From a virus, in IMG/VR virus record IMGVR_UViG_3300028654_000014, positions 1 through 64,000 of that record: DNA of 64,000 nucleotides; one strand, 5' to 3'. Positions 38,036-47,617 of the stretch are shown here, piece after piece. The translations under genes and the position numbers were made by a program. The notes below the pieces were generated by a model. It did no database searches. It saw only the letters and a program-made list of their open reading frames with translations, and was not told the origin of the DNA. The stretch's first letter is position 1. Every line of letters starts with the position of its first letter.

Positions 38036-38301
38036 TGTTAGATTTATGGAATAAGATTAAAACATGGGCTTTAGGAATTGTTTCTGTAATAGGAGCAATT
38101 TTAGCTGCTCTTTTTTGGTACGAAAAAACAAAGAATGCAGATTTAAAAGCTAAAGATGATAATATTGAAACAAAGAGTAAAGTAGCTCAAATTAATCAAC
38201 AAATTGATGATTTAGAAAAAGAAACAAAGGATAAAGAAAATGAACCACAAACTAAAGAAAGCTTGCTTGATTTCGTTAATAATGTTAACAAGCCTAAATA
38301 G
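38035..38301 (+). CDS. TM + coiled-coil protein (i-spanin-like)
   Basis: Architecture only; overlapped by signal-peptide ORF 38240..38602. Confidence 0.4.
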   Translation: MLDLWNKIKTWALGIVSVIGAILAALFWYEKTKNADLKAKDDNIETKSKVAQINQQIDDLEKETKDKENEPQTKESLLDFVNNVNKPK

Positions 38302-38602
38302 TTTTGCTCAACAAGAATCTGTATATTTAGATAAAGGAACTCCAGCTCCATTCTTTGGATACCTTTTACCAGAAGATACTGTAATTACATTAAGAAATAA
38401 CACTCTCGAAAGAGATATGTATAAAACTGAATCTACTTTAAAAGATCAGCAAATACAACTTCTATCTACTCAAAATGATAATCTTTCCAAGACATTAGAA
38501 AGTACATCAAGTTTAAATGCTTGGGAAAAGATTGGATTTTTTGTAGGTGGAGTTTTAATTACAGGGTTAGCGATTTCAGGTGCCCATGCAATCTACCATT
38601 AA
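38240..38602 (+). CDS. secreted/membrane protein (spanin-like position)
   Basis: Signal peptide, coiled coil, C-terminal hydrophobic helix. Confidence 0.45.
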   Translation: MNHKLKKACLISLIMLTSLNSFAQQESVYLDKGTPAPFFGYLLPEDTVITLRNNTLERDMYKTESTLKDQQIQLLSTQNDNLSKTLESTSSLNAWEKIGFFVGGVLITGLAISGAHAIYH

Positions 38603-38711
38603 ATTAGTAATTGGTACTAATCCTTTTGTTAGAAGTTATTGTTTTATAATAGAAGATGAATATAGTTTTAGAAATTTATTACCTTCTCGATTAGTTTTGG
38701 AATATGAATAA
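38586..38711 (+). CDS. tagged micro-ORF MQSTIKLV...LVLEYE
   Basis: Hand-translated. Confidence 0.7.
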   Translation: MQSTIKLVIGTNPFVRSYCFIIEDEYSFRNLLPSRLVLEYE

Positions 38712-38889
38712 CAAATTATACTACGATAATCAAAAAAATGATCCAGATAAATTTGTAATATTCTTTCAAGAATCGAATTTAAAATATTATAATACTAGAG
38801 TTGACGATTGGGTTTATTCTGGAATTCATGTAATAAAAGATATAAATAAATTAGTTAGAATAATGGAATATGAACAAACTATATTATAA
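38704..38889 (+). CDS. tagged micro-ORF MNNKLYY...RIMEYEQTIL
   Basis: ORF track. Confidence 0.75.
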   Translation: MNNKLYYDNQKNDPDKFVIFFQESNLKYYNTRVDDWVYSGIHVIKDINKLVRIMEYEQTIL

Positions 38890-39046
38890 TACAAATCCTG
38901 ATTTTGGATGGTTTATTAAATTTAACAATACAGATGGTTTACATTTTAATAAATTAGAAATCTTTCAAGAAGTTGAAAATGGACAAAAATCTACAGATAT
39001 ACTGATAATGGAATATGAAGAAGATAATAACAGAACTAACGGATGA
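38870..39046 (+). CDS. tagged micro-ORF MNKLYY...LIMEYEEDNNRTNG
   Basis: Hand-translated. Confidence 0.7.
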   Translation: MNKLYYNTNPDFGWFIKFNNTDGLHFNKLEIFQEVENGQKSTDILIMEYEEDNNRTNG

Positions 39047-39710
39047 AGAACTCCTAGAGATAATAAAGAATAAGCCCGAAGGTGAAGAATTATATTTTAA
39101 AAATGATGTAACAGATTTTATCTCTTTTTATAATATAAAATCAGGCAGATTTAAAGTACCTCCAAAACTATTATATAAGTTATATGTAAGATGGTCAGAA
39201 ATTCCAGTTCAACATCAAACATTTACTACAACTTTAACTGATCTTTTTCCTCATATTAAAAAGGGACAATATTATACCCTTTTATTAAATAGAGATACTT
39301 TTAATTTAAAAAGCACATTAGATTTATTAGGTAAAAAGAACAATAAGATTAAGCAGAAAAGATTCAAACAACACTTTGATAAATTCTTAGAAAAGTATGA
39401 GATTAAAAGGGGAAAGAAATACATTAAAAATGAGATTTTATACAATTTATATGATAAATGGACTTATAAAAACAATAACAAGAATCCCCTCGGAGTTGCA
39501 CAATTTAATAACTTTTGTAAACTCTACTTTAATCACAAGGTAGTGAATCAAGAATTTTGTTTTGCAATAAATGAATCTCTATACAAACATTTAACAGAGG
39601 AGATAGTAACATTAATAAAGGAAAAACATGCCAAGCAAAAAGAAAAATCGAAGATCAAACGCGAAATATCCCGCTTTAGAGAAAAATTTAAATCTCAAAA
39701 CAAGAACTGA
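39015..39710 (+). CDS. putative DNA-binding protein with two winged-helix-like repeats
   Basis: Repeat F...Y.IK.G...LY.LY..W occurs twice. Confidence 0.55.
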   Translation: MKKIITELTDEELLEIIKNKPEGEELYFKNDVTDFISFYNIKSGRFKVPPKLLYKLYVRWSEIPVQHQTFTTTLTDLFPHIKKGQYYTLLLNRDTFNLKSTLDLLGKKNNKIKQKRFKQHFDKFLEKYEIKRGKKYIKNEILYNLYDKWTYKNNNKNPLGVAQFNNFCKLYFNHKVVNQEFCFAINESLYKHLTEEIVTLIKEKHAKQKEKSKIKREISRFREKFKSQNKN

Positions 39711-40269
39711 ACAAATAGATTTTGATTATATTGATCAGTTACCAGAAAAATGGACTGATCCTAAAACAGGTAAAACTTGTAATCCCAAACAATACTTGAA
39801 TGATTTCGTAAATGAATCAATTCATGCTGATTTCAAATCAAATAAAAGACTTCATAAGAAGAAAAAGATTGAAGATCCTAAAAATGAAGATCTCCGCAAA
39901 CTATTAGATCTCATTTATATTAAAGTTAAAGAACTAGTAGGATTAATAGATAATTCAAAAACCAACAATAAATTAAAGATTAAGCTTAAAAAATCTATTA
40001 GTAAACTTAAAGTTCAAATTAGAAAACAAATTAAAGGTGATTTTTCATTTATTGAAGATTACTTCCAAAAAGAAGCATATGATAAGAATAACTCAAGGAA
40101 TAGATGTATTTTAACTCGCGCAAAGGCCCAAGGAAAGGCTATAAGTATAGATGATATGCCAGTAGGAGCTTATGTTACAAAGAATGTAGAGGATGAGGTA
40201 ATAGATCTTATAGATGGTTTAAAACTTGCCCAGAACCTTAAGGATGAGAGTGACCAATCCGCTGATTGA
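39628..40269 (+). CDS. basic hypothetical protein; last + strand gene
   Basis: ORF track; overlaps the - strand block tail-to-tail. Confidence 0.7.
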   Translation: MPSKKKNRRSNAKYPALEKNLNLKTRTEQIDFDYIDQLPEKWTDPKTGKTCNPKQYLNDFVNESIHADFKSNKRLHKKKKIEDPKNEDLRKLLDLIYIKVKELVGLIDNSKTNNKLKIKLKKSISKLKVQIRKQIKGDFSFIEDYFQKEAYDKNNSRNRCILTRAKAQGKAISIDDMPVGAYVTKNVEDEVIDLIDGLKLAQNLKDESDQSAD

Positions 40270-40473
40270 AGCTAAAAACGCGACAAATACTAAAACACCT
40301 TTAGTTTTATCCATATAAGATTCAATAGGTTCTAATCTTCCTTCGATGATTTCTGTACGTCTAATATGTTCAGAGAGAGAAACTTCTTGTTTAGCTAATG
40401 TAACATCTACAGAATCAAGACGAGTATCTAAAACATCAATTTTACCTTCGATTCTTTTTAATATATCGTCCAT
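40219..40473 (-). CDS. coiled-coil + C-terminal TM protein (holin/XhlA-like)
   Basis: Architecture. Confidence 0.5.
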   Translation of the reverse strand: MDDILKRIEGKIDVLDTRLDSVDVTLAKQEVSLSEHIRRTEIIEGRLEPIESYMDKTKGVLVFVAFLASISGLVTLILKVLGKF

Positions 40474-40474
40474 A

Positions 40475-42238
40475 TTATTCCTTATCTGGTGTGATTAGTT
40501 TGCGTGTTAAAGGGTTTTGCATTATGAGAAAGATGGCTCTATTCTTTTCACCTTCATCATCATTATCAATCGCTTTATTCAAATGATCAGCATAAAATTG
40601 TAAACCTGGTTGTTGTTTAATTTTAGCTGCCACTTCTTTTAAAGAATCATCTGTAGCATTATAAAGATTCTTAGCTATCTTTGAAGATGGATTATCACCA
40701 CTTCCAAATTTACTTTGAATTTTTGCTTGTCCAAAAGGATTCGTAATAACAGAAGCAGGTGTAGCTGGAAGAGTTTTTTGAACTAATTGACCAGCTGGAG
40801 TATCAACAGCTTTTGAAGCAATATTTAAACCTTTAGCTGCTAACATTCTAGCTTCGCGGCCAATTGGATTTCCAGTCAATAATGTCGAAGGTAGATTTAA
40901 AGTACTAGCAACAGCACTACCAGTACCTTTATCCATTAATTTCTTAGCAGCAGTATTATAAGTATAAAGATTACTTAATGTTTGATTTGTACTTTTAATA
41001 GCTTCAGAAGCTTGAGGATCAACAGTTTCAGCCAAATCTTCAATATGTTGTCTTACAATACCACTTAATCTTTTTACAAATTCAGCTTCGGGTTTTAAAT
41101 CTGAAGCAGGTTGATCAAAAGCAGCTGAGGCTAAATCCGTTGCTTTACTTTGTAAACCTTGTTTATAAGATATTAATTGTTGTAAATCACCATCAGAAGC
41201 AGATAATTTTTCAATATAAGGAATATATTTCTTTTCAATTTTATCCATTATAGCATTTTGATCAGGATCAGTTCCTAAACCTTCTCTAAAATCATATAAG
41301 AATTTAGCAGTTTTATCTCCAATATGACCAGCTTCTTCTAAATTATCTGGCATATTTTGTTCTAATTTCGATTGAACATCGGGTATAATTTTATTTAATT
41401 TTTGATAGTTATTATCAATAGCTTCTAATGATTTATCATAGATTGCATTTGCCCCGCCGGTTAAAGACATTGCACCCTCATCCATAGCAGTTTTACCAAT
41501 ACCTTTTATAATATCAGATCCTTGAGCAACTTTACCAGTTTCTTGATTATAAACTCTAGCAAGCTCTTTAGAAGGTTTAATTCCAACAGCTTTTGAAGCC
41601 ATTTTAGAACTAGCAACTTCTAACGCTTCAGGAGATAAAGCTTCGACACCTTTAGCAATTCCAGCTCCTAAAGCACCCCCAGCAGCTCCTAATCCAGCTC
41701 CTAACGCAGTATCTTTAGCCATACCACCCAAGTCCTCAGAATCAGAGGTTCCAAGCCCTGTAGCAGCTCCTAAAGCAGCTCCACCGCCAATTGTACCTAA
41801 TTTAGCAGCAATAGCTTCTGGAGCTAAGGCAATAGATCCAACACCACCAGCAACATTACCAAGACCATAAGTCCAAGGGTTTTGTTCTTGAGCTGCTGAA
41901 TTCTTAGATCTTTGAATATCTCTGTATTGTTTATAAAGATCTTCCATTGAAGCTTTTTCTTCACCTTTTTCAGGTAAAGCTTTATGTTTTAAAGCTTGTA
42001 AAGCACCCATCATTTCATCAGAATAACCTAAAGTAGCACCTTGAGCGGCACCCCTTAAACCTGATTCTAATTGACTAACGGGTTCTTGTTGAGATTCTAA
42101 AGCAGATTGTTTTACAGGATCATTATCATGAGCTTGTTGGAAAATAGCCTTTAGATCTTGATCATCATTTTTTGATTGATCAATAGGATCATTTCCAGCA
42201 GCGGCATTAAAAATGTCTTTAATATCTTGATCAGCCAT
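40475..42238 (-). CDS. putative internal virion/ejection protein
   Basis: RGAAQGATLGYSDE motif, Gly/Ala-rich hydrophobic helices; position in late block. Confidence 0.65.
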   Translation of the reverse strand: MADQDIKDIFNAAAGNDPIDQSKNDDQDLKAIFQQAHDNDPVKQSALESQQEPVSQLESGLRGAAQGATLGYSDEMMGALQALKHKALPEKGEEKASMEDLYKQYRDIQRSKNSAAQEQNPWTYGLGNVAGGVGSIALAPEAIAAKLGTIGGGAALGAATGLGTSDSEDLGGMAKDTALGAGLGAAGGALGAGIAKGVEALSPEALEVASSKMASKAVGIKPSKELARVYNQETGKVAQGSDIIKGIGKTAMDEGAMSLTGGANAIYDKSLEAIDNNYQKLNKIIPDVQSKLEQNMPDNLEEAGHIGDKTAKFLYDFREGLGTDPDQNAIMDKIEKKYIPYIEKLSASDGDLQQLISYKQGLQSKATDLASAAFDQPASDLKPEAEFVKRLSGIVRQHIEDLAETVDPQASEAIKSTNQTLSNLYTYNTAAKKLMDKGTGSAVASTLNLPSTLLTGNPIGREARMLAAKGLNIASKAVDTPAGQLVQKTLPATPASVITNPFGQAKIQSKFGSGDNPSSKIAKNLYNATDDSLKEVAAKIKQQPGLQFYADHLNKAIDNDDEGEKNRAIFLIMQNPLTRKLITPDKE

Positions 42239-42239
42239 T

Positions 42240-44150
42240 TTAGTAATTAGTATCCTTTAAAGCTTTTTGTTGAATGAGAGATTTTATAGCATCTTGTCTT
42301 GATAATCCTTTTGCTTGCATAACTGCATTTATTCCACGTTCTTGAGCAGGAGTATATAATCCTAACATATCAGAATGTCTATAAATAGCATTTTTATATT
42401 GTTCAGGAGTTAATTTATCTTGACCAGCTTTAACAACATTACCCATATTATCTTTAATAACTTGATTACTTACATCAGCAAGTCCATTTAAATATTTTTG
42501 ATTTAATTTAATAAATTCACCTTGTTGAGCACCAACAGGAACATTTGCAATTTTTTGCATATATCCGGCCATACCAGAAGCAGCTGTAGGATTACTTAAA
42601 TCTTTTATCATTCCTTCAGTAGGAGCGTTATTACTAGCAACTTTTGCCATTTCTATATTATACAATTTAACTTGTTGAGGAGTCCATTTATCAGGATCTG
42701 GAAATTCTTGAAACATTTTTAAAGCATTTTTAATAGCTAATGAATTTCTATAAGCTTGTTGAATTGCAGGTTTACTTCTAGCATTTGTTATATCATTTTC
42801 CATTTTAACTTCAGCATCTCTAGATTCTTTGGCCATTTTAAATTCTTGACCAGCTTTAGCTGCTTGAATTCTAGCAGCATTTTGAGATTTAGTTCTTTCC
42901 ATAGAAGCTGTACGATTTTTCTCACCTTCAGATTGTTTTACATTTTGTTGAAGGATAACTTTTTGCATAGCAGTTTGTAATGCTGAATCTTTTTGTAAGA
43001 AAGGAGCAATTTTAAATAAATCAGAAGCTGAAGCATTATCAGGTACTTTCATTCCTTTTTTATTTAAATAATCCCTTATAACTTGTGACATAGGACTAGA
43101 AGCATCATTTTGTTGATTAGCAACAATTTCATTATATTTTTGAACTGGTAAACCAGATTCAGTTCTTTGTTGTTGTAAAAGAGCTAATTCTTGAGCAGGA
43201 GAAGCTTTTGCCATTCCAGCACCCATTAAAGCAAATCCTTGTTGAGCATTATTTAAAGCTAAATTTTGATCTCTTTGTCTTTGAGCTTCAGCAAGATCAG
43301 AAGATTGAGGTTTTAAAGCACCCAATAATTTACTAAAAGAAGATTGATCTGGTTCTTCTAATAATTTCTTATCTTCATCTGATACTTCGGATTCATCTTT
43401 TGAAGGTTCAGAAGCTAATTTTCTATCAGATTCTTCTGAAGGTTTTTCATCAGATTTTTCTTTAGCTACAAAATCTTCATTAGCCATTTCATTTTTTAAT
43501 TCTTTATCTTCAGGAGATTCTCCAGAAACATCTAATTCAGAAGCAGGTTTTGCAATTGGTTTAGTAGGAGAAGCTTCAATATCTTGTTCTTCACCTTTTA
43601 TATCTTCAGGTTGATTCATTTTTTGAGCTTCAGGATATTCAGCATTAGCAATTAAAGCCAAACCTTCTGGACTATTAGGATCAATAGAACCAGTAACAGG
43701 ATCAGATGAAACTTGTCCACCATCATCGTAACCTTTTATTTGACCACCTTCAGAATCATTATCAGGAAATAATTTATTCCATAATTGTTTTACAGTCATT
43801 TGAGAATCTTGGGGATGGGCAGCAGCTTTTTTTAAAGCATCAGTAACATCAGGTCTAGCAGCTGGAACGGAGGGAGAAGGAGAAGGAGATGGTTCAACAT
43901 CACCACCACTAAAATAACCAACATTTACAACAGGTTCTTTATAATTCTTTTGAGCATCATTATATTTTTGTATTCTTTCTTGTTCGGTTGGAAGGCTCAT
44001 TAATTCTCGGTAATTCTTTTCAACAGGTGTTTCTTCAGGAGATTCATCAACTTGTCCACCATCATCATAATGTTCAATATGAATATGAGGAGGATTATTT
44101 ATCTTTTGATATTGTTTATAAACTTTTTTCATTTTTTTAATGTCTGACAT
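42240..44150 (-). CDS. putative internal virion/ejection protein
   Basis: Acidic disordered N-half with repeated xxGG(Q/D)V motifs. Confidence 0.6.
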   Translation of the reverse strand: MSDIKKMKKVYKQYQKINNPPHIHIEHYDDGGQVDESPEETPVEKNYRELMSLPTEQERIQKYNDAQKNYKEPVVNVGYFSGGDVEPSPSPSPSVPAARPDVTDALKKAAAHPQDSQMTVKQLWNKLFPDNDSEGGQIKGYDDGGQVSSDPVTGSIDPNSPEGLALIANAEYPEAQKMNQPEDIKGEEQDIEASPTKPIAKPASELDVSGESPEDKELKNEMANEDFVAKEKSDEKPSEESDRKLASEPSKDESEVSDEDKKLLEEPDQSSFSKLLGALKPQSSDLAEAQRQRDQNLALNNAQQGFALMGAGMAKASPAQELALLQQQRTESGLPVQKYNEIVANQQNDASSPMSQVIRDYLNKKGMKVPDNASASDLFKIAPFLQKDSALQTAMQKVILQQNVKQSEGEKNRTASMERTKSQNAARIQAAKAGQEFKMAKESRDAEVKMENDITNARSKPAIQQAYRNSLAIKNALKMFQEFPDPDKWTPQQVKLYNIEMAKVASNNAPTEGMIKDLSNPTAASGMAGYMQKIANVPVGAQQGEFIKLNQKYLNGLADVSNQVIKDNMGNVVKAGQDKLTPEQYKNAIYRHSDMLGLYTPAQERGINAVMQAKGLSRQDAIKSLIQQKALKDTNY

Positions 44151-44158
44151 ATCTTACC

Positions 44159-45454
44159 TTAATCTTTTTCGTTAAGTCTATTCTTTACAGAGTTATGAGC
44201 ATGAATTAATTTTAACAATTCTTTACCAAGTTTAGATTCAGCTAATGAACGAGGAACTACAATTTCCATTGGAGATAACATTGCATGAACAGTATCATTT
44301 TTAGGACTATCACCAGGAACATTAGCTTGTCCTGGAACTTCTCCACCTTGTTTGAAATTTACAGGACCACCTTGATTCATTCCAGCAGCAGCGTTCATTC
44401 CACCACCTTGCCACTTTTGTTGTAAATTAGAAATTTTACCACCTTCATAAGCCATAACTTGAGGATTAGCATTTTTAGTACCTGATGTATTATAAGCACT
44501 CTCTAATCCACCAAGACCTTGACCAGCTCCAGCCCACATATTATAAGCACCTTGAGCTGCTTGATTTCCTAAATTACCTAAAGCACCAGCACTATTTAAA
44601 GCTGCACCAGATTGAGCACCAGCTCTTGATAAATTTAAACCATATTGTTGAGCTGTTCTTGCTTGTTGAGCTGCCAATTCTTGATTTTGAGCACTAATAT
44701 TCATATTACCAACATTTTGAAGATTGGCAAGATTTCCAGCTTGAGCCTGATTTTGTGCTCCAACATTTCTTTGTTGTTGAGCAATTTGATTTTGAGTATT
44801 AAATCTTTGCATTTGATCAGCAGCTTGAGCTTTTTGAGCAGCTTGAGAAAATTGTTGTTGATTAATTTGACCACCTATTTGACCAGATTGAGCTGTTGCT
44901 TGTAAAGCTTGTTGTGCAGCTTGTTGAGCAACTTGATTAGCATTACTAAATTCTTGATTAGCTCCTGATTGAGCATTTTGTAATTGAGCAGCTAAAGTTC
45001 TACCAGTTGATCCAGCTCCACCCATTTGCATTTGAGCATTTTGCAAAATCTGAGCATTTTTAGATTGAATATCACCTTGAGCGGATTGTTGAGCTTGAGC
45101 CAAAGCAGCACGATCAGCAGCAGTTAATCCTTGAGTTGATCTTTGTTGCATTTGTTGTAAAGCTTGTCTTTGAGCATCTAAAGATTGTTGATCAGTACCA
45201 ACTCCAGCCATAGCTGAAGGACCAGCAGACATATAAGCTTCTAATTGAGGAGTTAAAATTCCAGCTTGACGATACTTTTCTAATATAAGAGGTTTAGAAA
45301 TATCAGGAGCATTTCCAACTTCTTGCATTATTTGATAAGCGATATTATCTAAATTTGAAGCTTGACCTCTATCGCCACTACCAGCAGCTTGTCCTGCGAA
45401 ACCACCAGCAATACTACCTATTGCACCTAATGCCGAGCTAAATGGATCAGCCAT
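44159..45454 (-). CDS. putative internal virion/ejection protein (Q/A-rich)
   Basis: Gly-rich hydrophobic N-terminus; GDSPKNDTVHAMLSP.EIVVP motif. Confidence 0.65.
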   Translation of the reverse strand: MADPFSSALGAIGSIAGGFAGQAAGSGDRGQASNLDNIAYQIMQEVGNAPDISKPLILEKYRQAGILTPQLEAYMSAGPSAMAGVGTDQQSLDAQRQALQQMQQRSTQGLTAADRAALAQAQQSAQGDIQSKNAQILQNAQMQMGGAGSTGRTLAAQLQNAQSGANQEFSNANQVAQQAAQQALQATAQSGQIGGQINQQQFSQAAQKAQAADQMQRFNTQNQIAQQQRNVGAQNQAQAGNLANLQNVGNMNISAQNQELAAQQARTAQQYGLNLSRAGAQSGAALNSAGALGNLGNQAAQGAYNMWAGAGQGLGGLESAYNTSGTKNANPQVMAYEGGKISNLQQKWQGGGMNAAAGMNQGGPVNFKQGGEVPGQANVPGDSPKNDTVHAMLSPMEIVVPRSLAESKLGKELLKLIHAHNSVKNRLNEKD

Positions 45455-45472
45455 TTTATGATACCTCTTTCA

Positions 45473-47059
45473 TTATGAACTTCCTACAGTATTTGCTATT
45501 GAAGGATAAGCTGATTGTTGAGCAGCTTGTTCTGGAGTTATATTTAAATTTTGTAAACCACCAACAGCAGCATTTGCTGATGCTAATGCATTATTATATG
45601 CAGCTTGATCAGTTGCTAAATTTGCATTTGCCCAAGCTATTTCGTTATCAGAATTTGCACTACCTAATGCACCTGGAGCAAATTGTCTAATTGCTGCTTC
45701 TTTGGCACCTTGAGTATATAATGCAGGATCTGTACTATACCAAATATCATGAATTTTTTGAGCTTGTTGATAAGAAGCTAATGGTGAAGCAATTTGACTT
45801 TGATAATTACCTAATGAATTTTGTAATGCATTATTAAATCCTGTTGTATCAGCATTAATAGTTGGAGCGGCAGCAAATTGACCAACTTGTCCTTGATTAT
45901 ATTGTCCTAGTATATTTTGAGCTGATGTTGGAGCATTTTGTCCACCTAATTGTTGTAAAGCTGCTAATTGAGCATATTGTTGTTGATTAATATCATTTTG
46001 AGCTGTTGCTTGTAATGGATTTTGAGTTAAATAAGATCCAATACCTTGTAATACATTACCAGTAACTTGTTCACCAGGAGTAACTCCTAAAAGATTAGCT
46101 TCTTGTTGAGAAATATTACCTGATTGAAAATCCTTTATAGCTTGCTGATATTGTGCATTTGATGCGTTTTGAGCTTGAGTTGCTTGATTTTGAAATTGAT
46201 TATTTAAACCAGTAACAGTTTGACCAAATTGATTTTGAACTCCTTGACCAAATTGTTGAGCTTGAGAAGCTGCTTGTTGTCCTTGAGCTTGAGCACCAGT
46301 AATAGCATTTTGTATCTGAGGAGATAATCCAGCAGTAGCAGTTCGAGCTTGACCTAAAGCTTGTTGATTATTTTGTTGTCCTAAAAGTAAAGAATCCAAA
46401 CCTTGTTGACCTTGAGTGTATTGAGGATTTCCTACAAATCTTTGTAACAAACCAGTTCTTCCACCTTGAGAACCAATAGCTTGATTTAATTGATTAACAT
46501 CAGCAGCTTGAGATTGTAATTGTTGAGTATTATTTAATCCTTGAGGTCCTTGATATTGACCACTCATTAATTGTTGAAATTGACTAGCTTGAGGTCCAGA
46601 AAGAGATTGAGATCCTGGTTGACCTGAAACATACTGAGTAGGATTTTGTAATACATTTTGAACTAATTGTTGATTAGCTCCAGTGTTAAATTGATTTTGA
46701 GAAGTACCTTGTTGAAATTGTTGTTGCTGATTTTGTAAATTTTGAGAAGCTTGTTGACCAACTCCTTGAATTCCATTTCCAACTGCTTGACCTAATTGAT
46801 TACCTTGATTAGCTTGTAAAACCTTTTGAATATTTGTATAACCAGAACCTTTTTGTTGATTAGGATTTGTAGCAGGTGCAGCAGCACTTCCACCAGCAAC
46901 AGCTGTAGAACCACCAGAACTACCCGATCCTTGACCCCCCGTAGGAGATTGACCATTACCAGAAGTAGGAGAAAATATACCAACTTGTTGCTGTTGTTGA
47001 TTACCAGCTTGTTGAGTATTATCTTGACCTAAGTCATTTTGTTGAATAGTATTAGCCAT
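45473..47059 (-). CDS. Q-rich putative internal virion protein
   Basis: Composition and position. Confidence 0.55.
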   Translation of the reverse strand: MANTIQQNDLGQDNTQQAGNQQQQQVGIFSPTSGNGQSPTGGQGSGSSGGSTAVAGGSAAAPATNPNQQKGSGYTNIQKVLQANQGNQLGQAVGNGIQGVGQQASQNLQNQQQQFQQGTSQNQFNTGANQQLVQNVLQNPTQYVSGQPGSQSLSGPQASQFQQLMSGQYQGPQGLNNTQQLQSQAADVNQLNQAIGSQGGRTGLLQRFVGNPQYTQGQQGLDSLLLGQQNNQQALGQARTATAGLSPQIQNAITGAQAQGQQAASQAQQFGQGVQNQFGQTVTGLNNQFQNQATQAQNASNAQYQQAIKDFQSGNISQQEANLLGVTPGEQVTGNVLQGIGSYLTQNPLQATAQNDINQQQYAQLAALQQLGGQNAPTSAQNILGQYNQGQVGQFAAAPTINADTTGFNNALQNSLGNYQSQIASPLASYQQAQKIHDIWYSTDPALYTQGAKEAAIRQFAPGALGSANSDNEIAWANANLATDQAAYNNALASANAAVGGLQNLNITPEQAAQQSAYPSIANTVGSS

Positions 47060-47084
47060 TTAAAATCCTGTTATCATGCATAAC

Positions 47085-47096
47085 TATAGTTGTTAA
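47085..47096 (-). promoter_or_regulatory. candidate late promoter motif TTAACAACTATA
   Basis: Identical 12-mer at 55441-55452 and 62760-62771, each just upstream of a - strand gene. Confidence 0.6.
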
Positions 47097-47106
47097 CTTC
47101 ATAAAC

Positions 47107-47520
47107 TTACTGTTGCCAAGCAACTACTCTTATTATGTATGATTCATTAGCTTGTAACCCTGTGATATTATTGATGTTATAGACATTTGATGATTGAGCA
47201 CCACTTACAAACACCCCAGAAGTAGGAAAATGAGTTGTATTAGTTTGATTCAAAGCCGATATAACGGTTACACCATCAACCTTTGCTGTTGAATTTAAAG
47301 CAAAAGAAGATGTTTGTAATGGATTGCCCGAAGCGTCAACCGATACAGTAACATCCTTTACAGTACAACTAATATTGTCTCTTAAAGATAAATCACCATT
47401 TAAAGCTTCATAAATTACTTCAATACCATTATTTAATGATACAGAAAGAGTATCAACCAATTGTCTAAATTGACTTTGATAATCTGATGAAATTAATCTT
47501 CTAAATGATGGAAGTTTCAT
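47107..47520 (-). CDS. virion-region hypothetical protein
   Basis: ORF track. Confidence 0.7.
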   Translation of the reverse strand: MKLPSFRRLISSDYQSQFRQLVDTLSVSLNNGIEVIYEALNGDLSLRDNISCTVKDVTVSVDASGNPLQTSSFALNSTAKVDGVTVISALNQTNTTHFPTSGVFVSGAQSSNVYNINNITGLQANESYIIRVVAWQQ

Positions 47521-47617
47521 TTTTTACCTTAATAAAAAACTTATGATTAAATAAACTATGAAATTAAAAATACCCATAGATATTAAAGCTAAACATATAG
47601 CATTCCAAAAACTCATA

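Noticed and set aside
7494-39046. Micro-ORF arrays as CRISPR arrays
   Set aside because: Junctions are short, degenerate and in coding frame; unit lengths vary about 96-210 nt; no cas genes. The Cas4-like nuclease is a common stand-alone phage gene.
28-39046. Integron cassettes or a diversity-generating retroelement as the source of variation
   Set aside because: No attC-like sites, tyrosine recombinase or reverse transcriptase in the window, and no template/variable repeat pair differing only at adenines. Genes outside the window cannot be excluded.
36846-40473. A complete lysis cassette
   Set aside because: Holin- and spanin-like architectures are present but no endolysin is recognisable, so those calls stay low-confidence.
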